In this document: in pieces, positions 18,576 to 29,700 of the stretch | Numbering within the stretch: position 1 is the first letter of the stretch | Layout of the letters: each line of letters begins with the position of its first letter | NCBI GenBank assembly: GCA_963715595.1 | Contig: OY970255.1 | Span: forward strand, 1,663,784 to 1,727,783 | Reading direction: 5' to 3' | Length of the DNA stretch: 64,000 nt | Source: an uncultured Actinomycetota bacterium | Lineage (GTDB): Bacteria > Actinomycetota > Actinomycetes > Actinomycetales > CAWJMD01 | The notes under the pieces: model-generated | The model's input: the letters and a program-made list of their open reading frames with translations, nothing else | Databases searched by the model: none | What the model was told of the DNA's origin: nothing | Position numbers and translations under genes: made by a program

Positions 18576-19184
18576 ATGGACCACGACCTCGTCCTGGTGC
18601 GGCACGGCCGCACCGAGTGGGCGCACACGGGCCGTCACACCGGACGCACCGACGTCCCTCTCGACGACGTCGGCGAGCGCCAGGGCGCGGGCATCGCCGC
18701 GCTGCTCGCGGGACGCCGGTTCGCCGCCGTGGTCAGCAGCCCCCTGCAGCGGGCCCGCCGCACGGCCGAGCTGGCCGGGCTCGAGGTCACCGCGGTCGAC
18801 GACGACCTGCAGGAGTGGGACTACGGCGGCTACGAGGGGCTGACGACCCCGCAGATCCGCGAGCGGACCGGCACCGCGTGGACGGTCTTCGCCGACGGCG
18901 TGCTGCCCGGCGAGGGCGACCACCCCGGCGAGACCCTCGACGACGTGGCGGCCCGGTGCCGGCGGGTGCTCGACCGGGTGTCGCCGCTGCTGGAGCAGGG
19001 CGACGTGGCGCTGGTGGCGCACGGCCACCTGCTGCGGGTGCTCACCACCGCGTACCTCGGCCTGCCGCCCGCGGCCGGCGCCCACCTCGAGCTCGACGCC
19101 GGGTCGGTCTGCGAGCTGAACGAGCACCACGGCGTGCCGACGATCCAGCGGTGGAACCTCACGCCCGAGGTGTCGCCCGGCTGA
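18576..19184 (+). CDS. Histidine phosphatase family protein (phosphoglycerate mutase-like)
   Basis: LVLVRHGRTEW (RHG motif) and the distal LVAHGHLLR. Confidence 0.85.
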   Translation: MDHDLVLVRHGRTEWAHTGRHTGRTDVPLDDVGERQGAGIAALLAGRRFAAVVSSPLQRARRTAELAGLEVTAVDDDLQEWDYGGYEGLTTPQIRERTGTAWTVFADGVLPGEGDHPGETLDDVAARCRRVLDRVSPLLEQGDVALVAHGHLLRVLTTAYLGLPPAAGAHLELDAGSVCELNEHHGVPTIQRWNLTPEVSPG

Positions 19185-19666
19185 GGTCGAGGCCGGGCAG
19201 CCCGTCGATCGAGGTGGCGTTCTTCTCGGACAGGTAGCGCTCGTCGTAGGCGTCGTCGCGCCGCTCCTGGTGCCGGTCGGGCAGGTCGCGGTGGCCGACG
19301 AGGTCCATCAGCGGCACCGTGTACCCGCACGAGTCGGCGATGCGGTCGCACTCCACGACCACCACGGCCCGCTGGCCCCGCTCGCGCTCCTTGGGGAACA
19401 GCGCCCGGAGGTCGGCGAAGCCGGGGTCGCCGACCTGCACCACGCGTCCCGTTCCCTGCAGCCGCACGATGTTCGGCGCCCCGTGGAAGGCGTTGAACAT
19501 CAACGTGATCCGGCCGTTCTCGCGCACGTGCGCGATCGTCTCGACGCCGCTGCCGACGTAGTCGAGGTACGCCACGGTCGTCGGTCCGAGGACGGCGAAG
19601 GTGTCGGCCATGGTCGAGCAGCCAGGCCCGCAGCCTGTCGCCGATGGACTCGTGGACCGTTCCCAC
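19159..19666 (-). pseudogene. Pyridoxamine 5'-phosphate oxidase family protein with an apparent internal deletion near the 5' end
   Basis: The ORF at 19159-19611 starts at MADTFAVLGPTTVAYLD. A family-typical N-terminus (VGTVHESIGDRLRAWLLD) lies just upstream (to 19666) in another frame. About 20 expected residues between the two parts are missing. Confidence 0.5.
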
Positions 19667-19674
19667 GCCGGCCC

Positions 19675-22600
19675 TCAGCCCGCGCCGACGACGAGGACGA
19701 GGTCGCCGCCCTCGACCTGCTGCACGCTCGACAGCGCGAGCCGGGTGACGGTGCCCGCGACCGGCGTGGTGATGGCGGCCTCCATCTTCATCGCCTCGAT
19801 GGTCGCCACGGTCTGGCCCGCCTCGACGGCGTCGCCCTCGGCCACCTGGACCGACACGACGCCGGCGAACGGTGCCGCGACCTGGCCGGGTACGGAGGCG
19901 TCGGCCTTCTCGGCGGCCTTGACGTCGACCTGCACCGAGCGGTCGCGCACCTGCACCGGGCGCAGCTGGCCGTTGATGGTGCACAGCACCGAGCGCATGC
20001 CGCGCTCGTCGGCCTCGCCCACCGCCTCGACGCCGACGATGAGCTTGACGCCCTTGCCGAGGTCGACGACGTGCTCCTCGCCCTGCTGCAGCCCGTAGAG
20101 GTAGTCGCGGGTGTCGATGACCGAGACGTCGCCGTACTGCTCGCGCACCCGGTCGAGCTCGGCCGTGGGCCCGGGGAACAGCAGCCGGTTCAGGGCCGCG
20201 CGCCGCACCGGGCCGCTGTCGGCGAGCGCGCCGCGCTCCTCCTGCGGCACCTCCTCGACCCGCGGCTTGACCGTGCGGCCGGCGAGGGCCTTGGTGCGGA
20301 ACGGCTCCGGCCACCCGCCGGGCGGGTCGCCGAGCTCGCCGCCGAGGAAGCCGATGACCGAGTCGGGGATGTCGAAGTCCTTCGGGTTCTCCGCGAACTC
20401 CTCGGGGTCGGCCCCGGCCGCCACCAGGTGCAGGGCCAGGTCACCGACCACCTTGGACGACGGCGTCACCTTCACCAGCCGGCCGAGGAGCCGGTCGGCG
20501 GCGGCGTAGGTCGACTCGATCTGCTCGAACTTCTCCCCCAGCCCGAGGGCGATCGCCTGCTGGCGCAGGTTCGACAGCTGGCCGCCGGGGATCTCGTGGT
20601 CGTACACGCGTCCCGTCGGTGCCGTGAGACCGGACTCGAACGGCGCGTACGCGCGGCGGACGGCCTCCCAGTAGGGCTCCAGGTCCATCACGGCCCGCAG
20701 CGACAGGCCGGTGTCGCGCTCGGTGTGCGCCAGAGCGGCGACCAGCGCCGAGGCGGGCGGCTGCGAGGTGGTGCCGGCCATCGAGGCGCTGGCGACGTCG
20801 ACGGCGTCGACGCCCGCGTCGACCGCCGCGAGCAGCGTCGCGAGCTGGCCACCCGCGGTGTCGTGGGTGTGCAGGTGCACCGGGAGGTCGAACCGCTCGC
20901 GCAGGGCCGTGACCAGGGTGCGCGCCGCCTGGGGCCGCAGCAGCCCGGCCATGTCCTTGATGGCGAGCACGTGCGCGCCGGTGCCGACGATCTGATCGGC
21001 GAGGCGCAGGTAGTAGTCGAGGGTGTAGAGGTCCTCGGCGGGGTCGGCCAGGTTGCCGGTGTAGCAGAGGGCGACCTCGGCGACCGTCGTCCCGGTTTCG
21101 AGCACCGCCTCGACGGCCGGGCGCATCTGCTCGACGTCGTTCAGGGCGTCGAAGATGCGGAACACGTCGATGCCGGTGGCGGCCGCCTCGGCGACGAACG
21201 CCTGCGTCACCTCGGTGGGGTACGGCGTGTAGCCCACCGTGTTGCGGCCTCGCAGCAGCATCTGCAGGGCCAGGTTCGGCATCGCCTCGCGCAGCCGCGC
21301 GAGCCGGTCCCACGGGTCCTCGCCGAGGAAGCGCAACGTGACGTCGTAGGTGGCGCCGCCCCAGCACTCCACGCTCCACAGCTCGGGTGTCAGGCGCGCC
21401 ACGGTCGGGCCCGCGGCCAGCAGGTCGCGGGTGCGCACCCGGGTGGCGAGCAGCGACTGGTGCGCGTCGCGGAACGTGGTGTCGGTGACCGCGACCGCGG
21501 TCTGCTCGCGCAGCGCCCGGGCGAAGCCCTCCGGCCCGAGAGCGACCAGCTGCTGCCGGGTGCCGTCGGGGGCCGGCGCCGACAGGTCGGTGGCCGGCAG
21601 CTTGTCGGCCGGGTCGACGTGCACGGTCAGCTCGCCGTGCGGCTTGTTCACCGTGACGTCGGCGAGCCAGCGCAGGATCTTCGTCCCGCGGTCGGCACCG
21701 ACGCGCGCCGCGAGCAGGTGCGGACGCTCGTCGATGAACGACGTGGCGAGATCGCCTGCGGCGAAGGCGTCCTCGGCCAGCACGGCCTGCAGGAAGGGGA
21801 TGTTGGTGTGGACCCCGCGGATGCGGAACTCGGCCAGGGCGCGCGAGGCCCGTCGCACCGCCATCGGGAAGTCGCGCCCGCGGCAGGTGAGCTTGACCAG
21901 CATCGAGTCGAAGTGGGCGCTGATCTCGGCGCCGGTGGCGGCGGTGCCGCCGTCGAGCCGCACGCCGGCGCCGCCGGCCGAGCGGTACGCCGTGATCTGC
22001 CCCGTGTCGGGACGGAAGCCGTTCGAGGGGTCCTCGGTGGTGATGCGGCACTGCAGCGCTGCGCCGTTGACGCGGATGACGTCCTGCGACAGGCCGAGGT
22101 CGGCGAGGGTGGCGCCCGAGGCGATCCGCAGCTGCGAGGCGACCAGGTCGACGTCGGTGACCTCCTCGGTGACCGTGTGCTCCACCTGGATGCGGGGGTT
22201 CATCTCGATGAACACGTGCTGGCCGGCCCGCTCGCCCTCGGTCTCGACCAGGAACTCGACGGTGCCGGCGTTGACGTAGCCCAGGGCCCGGGCGAACGCC
22301 ACGGCGTCGCGGCACAGCGCGTCGCGCAGCGCGGGGTCGAGGTTGGGCGCCGGGGCGATCTCGACGACCTTCTGGTGCCGTCGCTGCACCGAGCAGTCGC
22401 GCTCGTACAGGTGCACGACCTCGCCGCTCGCGTCGGCCAGCACCTGCACCTCGATGTGGCGCGGACGCGCCACGGCCTGCTCGATGAACACGGTCGGGTC
22501 GCCGAACGCGCTGTCGGCCTCGCGCATGGCGGTCTCGAGCGCCTCGCGCAGCGCCTCGGGACGCTCGACGCGGCGCATGCCGCGCCCGCCGCCGCCGGCC

Positions 22601-23079
22601 ACGGCCTTGACGAACACCGGGAACCCGACCTCGTCGGCCGCCGCCACGAGCTCGTCGAGGTCGGACGACGGTGCGGACGAGCGCAGCACGGGGATGCCGG
22701 CCTCGCGCGCCGCCGCCAGCGCCCTGACCTTGTGGCCGGCGAGGCTGAGCACCTGCGGCGGGGGCCCGACGAACGCGATGCCCGCCGCCTCGCACGCCTC
22801 GGCGAGCAGCGGGTTCTCGGACAGGAAGCCGTAGCCGGGGTACACGGCGTCGGCGCCGCACTCCAGCGCGACCCGCACGATCTCGTCGACGTCGAGGTAG
22901 GCGCGCACCGGGTGCCCGCGCTCGCCGATCAGGTACGACTCGTCGGCCTTGATGCGGTGCACCGCGTTGCGGTCCTCGTACGGGAACACCGCGACCGTGC
23001 GCGCCCCGAGCTCGACGGCCGCGCGGAAGGCGCGGACGGCGATCTCGCCGCGGTTGGCGACCAGCACCTTGGAGAACAT
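19675..23079 (-). CDS. pyc: Pyruvate carboxylase
   Basis: 1134 aa. It has a biotin carboxylase N-terminus (MFSKVLVANRGEIAVRAFRA), a carboxyltransferase domain, and a C-terminal biotinyl motif EAMKME. Confidence 0.95.
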   Translation of the reverse strand: MFSKVLVANRGEIAVRAFRAAVELGARTVAVFPYEDRNAVHRIKADESYLIGERGHPVRAYLDVDEIVRVALECGADAVYPGYGFLSENPLLAEACEAAGIAFVGPPPQVLSLAGHKVRALAAAREAGIPVLRSSAPSSDLDELVAAADEVGFPVFVKAVAGGGGRGMRRVERPEALREALETAMREADSAFGDPTVFIEQAVARPRHIEVQVLADASGEVVHLYERDCSVQRRHQKVVEIAPAPNLDPALRDALCRDAVAFARALGYVNAGTVEFLVETEGERAGQHVFIEMNPRIQVEHTVTEEVTDVDLVASQLRIASGATLADLGLSQDVIRVNGAALQCRITTEDPSNGFRPDTGQITAYRSAGGAGVRLDGGTAATGAEISAHFDSMLVKLTCRGRDFPMAVRRASRALAEFRIRGVHTNIPFLQAVLAEDAFAAGDLATSFIDERPHLLAARVGADRGTKILRWLADVTVNKPHGELTVHVDPADKLPATDLSAPAPDGTRQQLVALGPEGFARALREQTAVAVTDTTFRDAHQSLLATRVRTRDLLAAGPTVARLTPELWSVECWGGATYDVTLRFLGEDPWDRLARLREAMPNLALQMLLRGRNTVGYTPYPTEVTQAFVAEAAATGIDVFRIFDALNDVEQMRPAVEAVLETGTTVAEVALCYTGNLADPAEDLYTLDYYLRLADQIVGTGAHVLAIKDMAGLLRPQAARTLVTALRERFDLPVHLHTHDTAGGQLATLLAAVDAGVDAVDVASASMAGTTSQPPASALVAALAHTERDTGLSLRAVMDLEPYWEAVRRAYAPFESGLTAPTGRVYDHEIPGGQLSNLRQQAIALGLGEKFEQIESTYAAADRLLGRLVKVTPSSKVVGDLALHLVAAGADPEEFAENPKDFDIPDSVIGFLGGELGDPPGGWPEPFRTKALAGRTVKPRVEEVPQEERGALADSGPVRRAALNRLLFPGPTAELDRVREQYGDVSVIDTRDYLYGLQQGEEHVVDLGKGVKLIVGVEAVGEADERGMRSVLCTINGQLRPVQVRDRSVQVDVKAAEKADASVPGQVAAPFAGVVSVQVAEGDAVEAGQTVATIEAMKMEAAITTPVAGTVTRLALSSVQQVEGGDLVLVVGAG

Positions 23080-23173
23080 GGCCCGAGCCTACCGAGCCGT
23101 CCGGCAGGTGGGACGCGCGTCCCGGCAGGTGAGCCGGACGTTCTCGTCCGGGTACCGGGCTACGGTGGACGGC

Positions 23174-23641
23174 ATGCCCAGGAGCATCGCCACCACCACG
23201 TCCGTCGACCGCGACGAGCTGCTCGACTTCGTCCGGCCCCGCCACCACTTCGTGCTCGTCACCACCCGCCGCGACGGCACGGCCCAGGCCTCACCGGTCA
23301 CCGGCGGCGTCGACGACCAGGGCCGGCTCGTGGTGTCGACCTACCCCGACCGCGCCAAGGCGGCCAACGTCCGGCGCACGGGTACGGCGTCGGTGCTGGT
23401 GCTCTCGGACGACTTCGGCGACGCGTGGGTGCAGGTCGACGGCGACGCCGAGGTGCTCGACCTGCCCGAGGCCGAGGACGCCCTGGTCGACTACTTCCGC
23501 TGCATCAGCGGCGAGCACCCCGACTGGGACGAGTACCGGCAGGCGATGCGCGAGCAGGGCAAGAGCCTGATCCGGGTCACCCCCACCCGGTGGGGCCCGG
23601 TCGCCACCGGCGGGTTCCCCGCCCGGCTCGCGGACGCCTGA
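23174..23641 (+). CDS. PPOX-class (probably F420-dependent) oxidoreductase
   Basis: FVLVTTRRDGTAQASPV and VLSDDFGDAWVQVDG are typical of the actinobacterial PPOX/F420H2-dependent family. Confidence 0.75.
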   Translation: MPRSIATTTSVDRDELLDFVRPRHHFVLVTTRRDGTAQASPVTGGVDDQGRLVVSTYPDRAKAANVRRTGTASVLVLSDDFGDAWVQVDGDAEVLDLPEAEDALVDYFRCISGEHPDWDEYRQAMREQGKSLIRVTPTRWGPVATGGFPARLADA

Positions 23642-23667
23642 CCCGACCGGCAGCGACCCGGCGCCGG

Positions 23668-23934
23668 TCAGCGCTGGGGGTGGTCCGGGGTCGCCGGGTC
23701 GCCGGGGCGCCGCGCGGTGCGGCGGTGCTGCTCGGCGAGCTTGTCGGTGGCGCCCTTGGCGGCCGTCTGCGCCTTGTCGACCTGCGACGCGTACCTGCCC
23801 TTGGTCCTGCGGTCGAGCGCGTCACCGGCCTTGTCGACCACGCCGTCGACCTTGTGGCCGTGCTGGGCGGCCAGCTTGCCCGCCTGCCCCTTCGCGTCCT
23901 CGAGCGCCTTCTTGGCCTTGTCGGCGAAACCCAT
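23668..23934 (-). CDS. MT0933-like small protein (annotated as an antitoxin family, function unproven)
   Basis: MGFADKAKKALEDAKGQAGKLAAQHGHKVDGVVDKAGDALDRRTKGRYASQVDKAQ repeat-like sequence. Confidence 0.7.
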   Translation of the reverse strand: MGFADKAKKALEDAKGQAGKLAAQHGHKVDGVVDKAGDALDRRTKGRYASQVDKAQTAAKGATDKLAEQHRRTARRPGDPATPDHPQR

Positions 23935-24035
23935 GGGCGTCCTCCCGGTCGGTCGTGTCGTGCGCGGACCCCCTCACCGTGCCACCACCGCGCTCGCGCG
24001 GCCAGCGAGCGGCACGCCCAGGGCAGCCGGCACGC

Positions 24036-25532
24036 TCAGGGCAGCTCCCAGGTGTGCACCGGCTCGTTCGAGTGCATGCCGTCGACGTAGATCTCGAGCA
24101 TCTTGGCCAGCGCCGTCGGCCGGTCCATGCCCTTGTCCTGCAGCCGCTGCACGGCGTTCGTCTGCCACCAGGCGCCGTTGCGGCCGGTCTTGGCGCGGCC
24201 CTCGATGACGCCCAGGTAGCGCTCGCGCACCGGGGCGGCCACGCCCCAGGCCTCGAGCCCCTCGTGCGCGACGCGCAGCAGCCGGCGCAGCACGAGCTCG
24301 TCGGCGGTCACCTCCCCCAGGCTCGGCCAGTAGACCGTGGCGTCGAGGCCGTTCTTGGCGCAGCTGATGAAGTTCTGCTCGGCGGTCGAGAAGCCGAGCT
24401 TGCTCCAGACCGGGCGCTCCATCTCGGCCAGCACCTTGACGCAGCCGTAGTAGAAGGCGGCGTTGGCCATGATGTCGACGACGGTGGGGCCGGCCGGCAG
24501 CACGCGGTTCTCGACCCGCAGGTGGGCCCGTCCGTCGACCACGTCGTAGATCGGGCGGTTCCACCGGTAGACCGTGCCGTTGTGCAGGCGCAGCTCCTGC
24601 AGCCGCGGGGCCCTGCCCTGCTCGAGCACCGCGACCGGGTCCTCGTCGGTGAGCTCGGGCAGCAGCGACGGGAAGTAGCGGACGTTCTCCTCGAACAGGT
24701 CGAAGATCGAGGTGATCCAGCGCTCGCCGAAGAACACGCGGGGCCGCACGCCCTGGTTCTTCAGCTCCTTCGGCCGGGTGTCGGTGGCCTGCTTGAACAG
24801 CTCGATCCGGGTCTCGTCCCACAGCCGGCGGCCGAAGAAGAACGGCGAGTTGGCGGCCAGGGCCACCTGCGGGGCCACGAGCACCTGCGCCGCGTTCCAG
24901 TGCGCCGCGAACGCCTGCGGCGCGACCTGCAGGTGCAGCTGCACCGACGTGCAGGCCGACTCGGGGGCGATCGTGTCGGAGTACACCGCCAGCCGCTCCG
25001 GGCTCGGTCCCGACCCGAGGATGTCGATGAACAGGTCCTCGCCGCGGCTGGTGAAGATCTGCTCGTTCAGGGCCGAGTAGCGCGCCGACGGGCTCATCCA
25101 CGCGCCCGTGAAGTGCTCGGGCATCACCGTGGGCAGGATGCCGACCATGACGATCTGGGCGCCCACGTCGCCGGCCTTGCCCGCCGCCGCGTTCAGGGTC
25201 TGGCGCAGGATCTGCTCCAGCTCGAGCGCGGACGAGCCGGGCAGCGGCCGCGGCGCCACGTTCAGCTCGATGTTGTAGGCGCCGATCTCGGTCTGGTAGC
25301 TCGCGTCGGCGATGTGGTCGAGCACCTGGGCGTTCTTCATCGTCGGACGGAAGTCGTCGCCGACCAGGTTGAGCTCGACCTCGAGCCCCGTGAGCGCCCG
25401 CCCGGACTCGAACGCGCTGGTCGACAGCATCCGCTCGAACACGTCGAGGCACAGCTGCACCTTCTCGCGGTACCGCTGGCGGTGCTCGCGCGTGTAGGCC
25501 GTGCCGCTGACCTCGTCTCCCACGCCCGTCAC
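24036..25532 (-). CDS. Glutamate-cysteine ligase family 2 (carboxylate-amine ligase) protein
   Basis: GLEVELNLV, YNIELNV and TSVQLHLQV motifs. Only the C-terminal ~499 aa of the 995-aa ORF look coding. Start at GTG 25532 or 25523. Confidence 0.85.
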   Translation of the reverse strand: MTGVGDEVSGTAYTREHRQRYREKVQLCLDVFERMLSTSAFESGRALTGLEVELNLVGDDFRPTMKNAQVLDHIADASYQTEIGAYNIELNVAPRPLPGSSALELEQILRQTLNAAAGKAGDVGAQIVMVGILPTVMPEHFTGAWMSPSARYSALNEQIFTSRGEDLFIDILGSGPSPERLAVYSDTIAPESACTSVQLHLQVAPQAFAAHWNAAQVLVAPQVALAANSPFFFGRRLWDETRIELFKQATDTRPKELKNQGVRPRVFFGERWITSIFDLFEENVRYFPSLLPELTDEDPVAVLEQGRAPRLQELRLHNGTVYRWNRPIYDVVDGRAHLRVENRVLPAGPTVVDIMANAAFYYGCVKVLAEMERPVWSKLGFSTAEQNFISCAKNGLDATVYWPSLGEVTADELVLRRLLRVAHEGLEAWGVAAPVRERYLGVIEGRAKTGRNGAWWQTNAVQRLQDKGMDRPTALAKMLEIYVDGMHSNEPVHTWELP

Positions 25533-25649
25533 GTCCCCTCGGGTCGGGGGCTCCACGGACCCGTCCGCGGCACCCGGCGTGAGCCAACCACACTCCGCCA
25601 CGCCGCACACGTCCCGCCGGATGTCGGACTCAGTTCCTACCGTGTGTCC

Positions 25650-26792
25650 ATGCGCCTGCTGCACACCTCCGACTGGCACCTGGGCCGGTCGTTCCACGGT
25701 GTCGACATGCTGGGTGCCCAGGCCGGGTTCCTCGACCACCTGGTCGAGGTGGTGCGGTCCGAGGGGGTCGACCTCGTCGTCGTGGCCGGCGACGTCCACG
25801 ACCGCGCGCTGCCCCCGGTCGACGCCGTGCGCCTGCTCGACGACGCCCTCGACCGGCTGCTGGCGGCCGGGGCGCGGGTCGTGGTCGCGAGCGGCAACCA
25901 CGACTCCCCGCAGCGACTGGGGTTCGGCGCCCGGCGCGCCGAGGCGTCCGGGCTGCACCTGCGCACCGACCCCGCCGACCTGCACCGCCCGGTGCTGCTC
26001 GACGACGCGCACGGCGAGGTGGCGGTGTACGCCCTGCCCTACCTCGAGCCGGCGATGGTCGCCCAGTCCCTCGGCACCCGGCCCACCCACCCGCAGGTGG
26101 TGGGGGCGGCGCTGGCGCGCGTGCGCGCCGACCTCGCCCGCCGGCCCGGCGCCCGCAGCGTGGTCGCCGCGCACGCGTTCGTGTCCGGCGCCGCGCCGAG
26201 CGACAGCGAGCGCGACATCCGCGTCGGCGGTGTCGGCGTCGTCTCCCGCACCCTCTTCGACGGGTTCGGCTACGCCGCCCTGGGGCACCTGCACGGGCCG
26301 CAGCGGCTCGCCGAGCACGTCCGCTACAGCGGCTCTCCCCTGCCCTACTCCTTCTCCGAGGCCGGCCAGCGCAAGGGCTCGTGGCTGGTGCACCTGGGCG
26401 CCGACGGGGTCGAGCAGGTCGAGCAGGTACCCGCCCCGGTGCACCGTCCGCTCGTGGTGCTGCGGGGCGACCTCGCCGACCTGCTGGCCGACCCCGCGCA
26501 CGCCGCGGCCGAGCACGCCTTCTGCCAGGTCGTCCTCACCGACCCCCAGCGTCCGGCGGCGCCGATGGAGCGGCTGCGCACCCGCTTCCCCCACACCGTG
26601 CACCTCGGCTTCGAGCCCCGGGGCGCCGTGCGCGACCAGCGGTCCTACACCGAGCGCGTGCAGGGCCTCGACGACGAGGAGGTCTGCTGCGCGTTCCTCA
26701 CCGACGTGCGCGGGCGCGACGCCGACCCGGCCGAGCGCGCGCTGCTGCGCCGTGCGCTCGAGCAGGTGCGGCGCGACGAGGTGGTGGCGTGA
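25650..26792 (+). CDS. sbcD: Exonuclease SbcCD, nuclease subunit D
   Basis: MRLLHTSDWHLGR, VVVAGDVHD and SGNHDS are Mre11-type phosphoesterase motifs. Confidence 0.9.
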   Translation: MRLLHTSDWHLGRSFHGVDMLGAQAGFLDHLVEVVRSEGVDLVVVAGDVHDRALPPVDAVRLLDDALDRLLAAGARVVVASGNHDSPQRLGFGARRAEASGLHLRTDPADLHRPVLLDDAHGEVAVYALPYLEPAMVAQSLGTRPTHPQVVGAALARVRADLARRPGARSVVAAHAFVSGAAPSDSERDIRVGGVGVVSRTLFDGFGYAALGHLHGPQRLAEHVRYSGSPLPYSFSEAGQRKGSWLVHLGADGVEQVEQVPAPVHRPLVVLRGDLADLLADPAHAAAEHAFCQVVLTDPQRPAAPMERLRTRFPHTVHLGFEPRGAVRDQRSYTERVQGLDDEEVCCAFLTDVRGRDADPAERALLRRALEQVRRDEVVA

Positions 26793-29700
26793 GGCTGCAC
26801 CGGGTGCGCGTCCAGGCCTTCGGCCCGTTCGCCGAGGCGGTCGAGGTCGACCTCGACGCGCTCGCCGAGCACGGGCTGTTCCTGCTGCACGGGCCCACCG
26901 GCGCCGGCAAGACCAGCCTGCTCGACGCCGTCTGCTTCGCCCTCTACGGCGTCGTGCCGGGCGCCCGGGCCGCGCTGCGCGGCACCGCGCTGCGCAGCGA
27001 CCACGCCGCCACGGGCGTCGCACCGGTCGTCGAGGTCGAGCTGACGGTGCGCGGGCGCCGCCTCGAGGTGGTGCGCTCCCCCGCGTGGGAGCGCCCCAAG
27101 GCCCGCGGCACCGGCACCACGACCGAGCAGGCGTCGGTGCGGGTGCGCGAGCAGGTGGGCACCGGGTGGGTGCCTCTCGCCGCCCGGCTCGACGAGGCGG
27201 GCCACCTGCTGTCGGGCCTGCTCGGCATGGACGTGCGGCAGTTCACCAGCGTCGTGCTGCTGCCCCAGGGCGACTTCGCGACGTTCCTGCGCGCCGGTCC
27301 CGACGAGCGCCGCACCGTGCTGGAGCGGCTGTTCGGCACCGACCGGTTCGCCGCCGTCGAGCAGTGGCTCGCCGAGCAGCGCACGCTGACCGGTCGGGCG
27401 GTGCGCACGGCGACCGCCCAGCACGCGACGCTGCTGGCTCGCGCCGACGAGCGGGTGTCGGCCGTGCGCGAGGCCTGCCCGGGCGTCGGCGCCACCGGTG
27501 GCGACGACGCCGCCAGCGTGCGCGCGCGTCACGACCTGCTCGCCGACGCGCTCGGCGCCGCCCGCACGCTCCTCGACCAGCAGCACGACGCGCTGCGCGT
27601 GGCGCGCGACGACGTCGAGACCGCCACCGAGACCGCCCGCCGCGACGGCGAGCTGCTCGCGACGCTGCGCCACCGTCGCCGCCTGCAGGCGGCGACGGCC
27701 GAGGTCGACGCGCTGCGCTCGGCCCTCGAGGCCGATGCCCGAGCCGGCGCGCTCGTCCCCCACCGCGACCGGCTCGCTCGCGCCGACGACGAGCTGGCCC
27801 GGGCGCAGGCCGACCTGCGCCTCGCGCTCGCCGCGCTCCCGGCGTCCCTCGACCTCGGCGAGCGGCCCGACCCCGACGCGCTGGCGACGCTGCTCGACGG
27901 CACCCGCGCCGAGCTGGCACGGCTCGGGCCGCTGGTCGAGCGCGAGCGGGCCGCCGCAGCGCTCGAGGCCGACGCCGATGCGCACCGCGACCTGCTCGCG
28001 GCGACCGAGGCCTCGCTGCGGGCCGGTGCGAGCGAGCGCGCCGCCCTCGAGCACGACCGCGACGCGCTGCGGGCGCGGCGCGAGCCGCTCGCGCTCGCCG
28101 CCGCGGGCCTGGGTGCGGCTCGCGAGGCGGTCGTGCGCGCCCACGACGTCGCGACCGCCGCCGCCGCGGCCGGCCGCCTGGCCCCGCGGCTGCGTGCGGC
28201 CGACGACGACGTCCGCGCGGCCGACGACGCGGCGGCGCGCGCCCGCGCCGACCACCTCGACCTCCTCGAGCGGCGCCTGGCCGGCATGGCCGGCGAGCTC
28301 GCGTCGGGTCTGCACGACGGTTCGCCGTGCCCCGTGTGCGGCGCCGACGAGCACCCGTCGCCCGCCACCGGCGCCGACCTGGTCGACGCCGCGGTCGTGC
28401 AGCAGGCCCTGGAGTCCTCGCAGGCGCTCACCGCCGCCGCCGGCACGGCCCGCGAGGACCGCGACCGGCTGCTGCAGCAGGTGCGCGAGGCCGAGCAGGC
28501 AGCCGGCGGGCGCAGCGTGCGGGCGGGCGCCGCCGACGTCGAGGCGGCCACCGCCGACCTGATCCGGCGGCAGCGGGCGCGCGGCACGCTCGAGCAGGTC
28601 GACGCCGCCCTCGCCGCGCACGACCAGCGGGTGGCCGAGCTGGCCCTCGAGGTCGAGGCGGTCACCGCCCGGGCCTCGTCCCTGCGCGAGCAGCTCGCCC
28701 GGCTCGGCACCCGGCGCGACGACCTCGGCGCCGAGCTGGTCGCCGCCCGGGGCGACGACACCACGGTCGCCGCGCGCGCGCAGCGACTGACCGCGCTCGT
28801 CGTCCCGCTGTCCCGTGCCCTGGCGCTGGCCCGCGAGCTGCCCGCGGCCCGGCGCGCCGTGCAGCAGGCCGGCGCCGACGCCGTCACCGCTTGCGCCGCA
28901 GCGGGTTTCGACGACCTCGCCGCGGCGGCTACCGCCGTCCTCGACCCGCGCGCACGCGACGACGCGCAGGCCCGGGTGGCGCGGCACGAGCGCGAGTCCG
29001 CCGGGGTCGAGCACCGCCTCGCGCAGGACGACCTCGCGCAGGCGGCCGCCGGCGCAGAGCCGGCCGAGCTCGAGCGCTCGCTCGCCGACCGGGCCGCCGT
29101 CCACGCCGCCACCCGCCAGCGCGCCGTCGACGCCGAGGCCGCGGTGCGGGCCACCACCGCCCGGCTCACCCTGCTCGAGGGTGCCGTGGTCGCCCTGCAC
29201 GCCCTGGCCGACGAGGTGGCCGCGCAGGAGCGCACGCTGCAGCGCCTGACCGCCGAGGCGCAGGTCGTCGAGGAGCTCGCCGGCTGCGCCCTCGGCACCT
29301 CGGCCGGCAACGCGCTGCGCATGCGGCTGTCGGCGTACGTGCTGGCCGCCCGGCTCGAGCAGGTCGCGGCCGCGGCCTCGGTGCGGCTGCAGGCCACCAC
29401 CGCCGGGCGCTACGAGCTGCGGCACTGCGACGCCCGCGGGCGCGGCGGCGGCCGCTCCGGACTCGGTCTGCTCGTCGTCGACCACTGGACCGGCCAGGAG
29501 CGCGAGACCGCGAGCCTGTCCGGCGGGGAGTCGTTCCTGGCGTCCCTCGCGCTCGCGCTCGGCCTCGCCGACGTCGTCCAGGCCGAGTCCGGCGGTCTCG
29601 GCATCGAGACCCTGTTCGTCGACGAGGGCTTCGGCACGCTCGACGACGACACGCTGGAGCTCGTCGTCGCCTCGCTCGACGAGCTGCGCGCGGGCGGGCG

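Noticed and set aside
23668-23934. MT0933-like antitoxin as part of a toxin-antitoxin pair
   Set aside because: No plausible toxin ORF is adjacent or overlapping. The neighbours are a PPOX oxidoreductase and a glutamate-cysteine ligase family gene on their own transcription units.
19270-24090. 1606-aa plus-strand ORF spanning the pyc region
   Set aside because: It is antisense to an unambiguous pyruvate carboxylase gene. Its translation is Arg/Gly/Ala/Pro/His-rich with no recognisable motifs. This is the usual long antisense open frame of very high-GC DNA.
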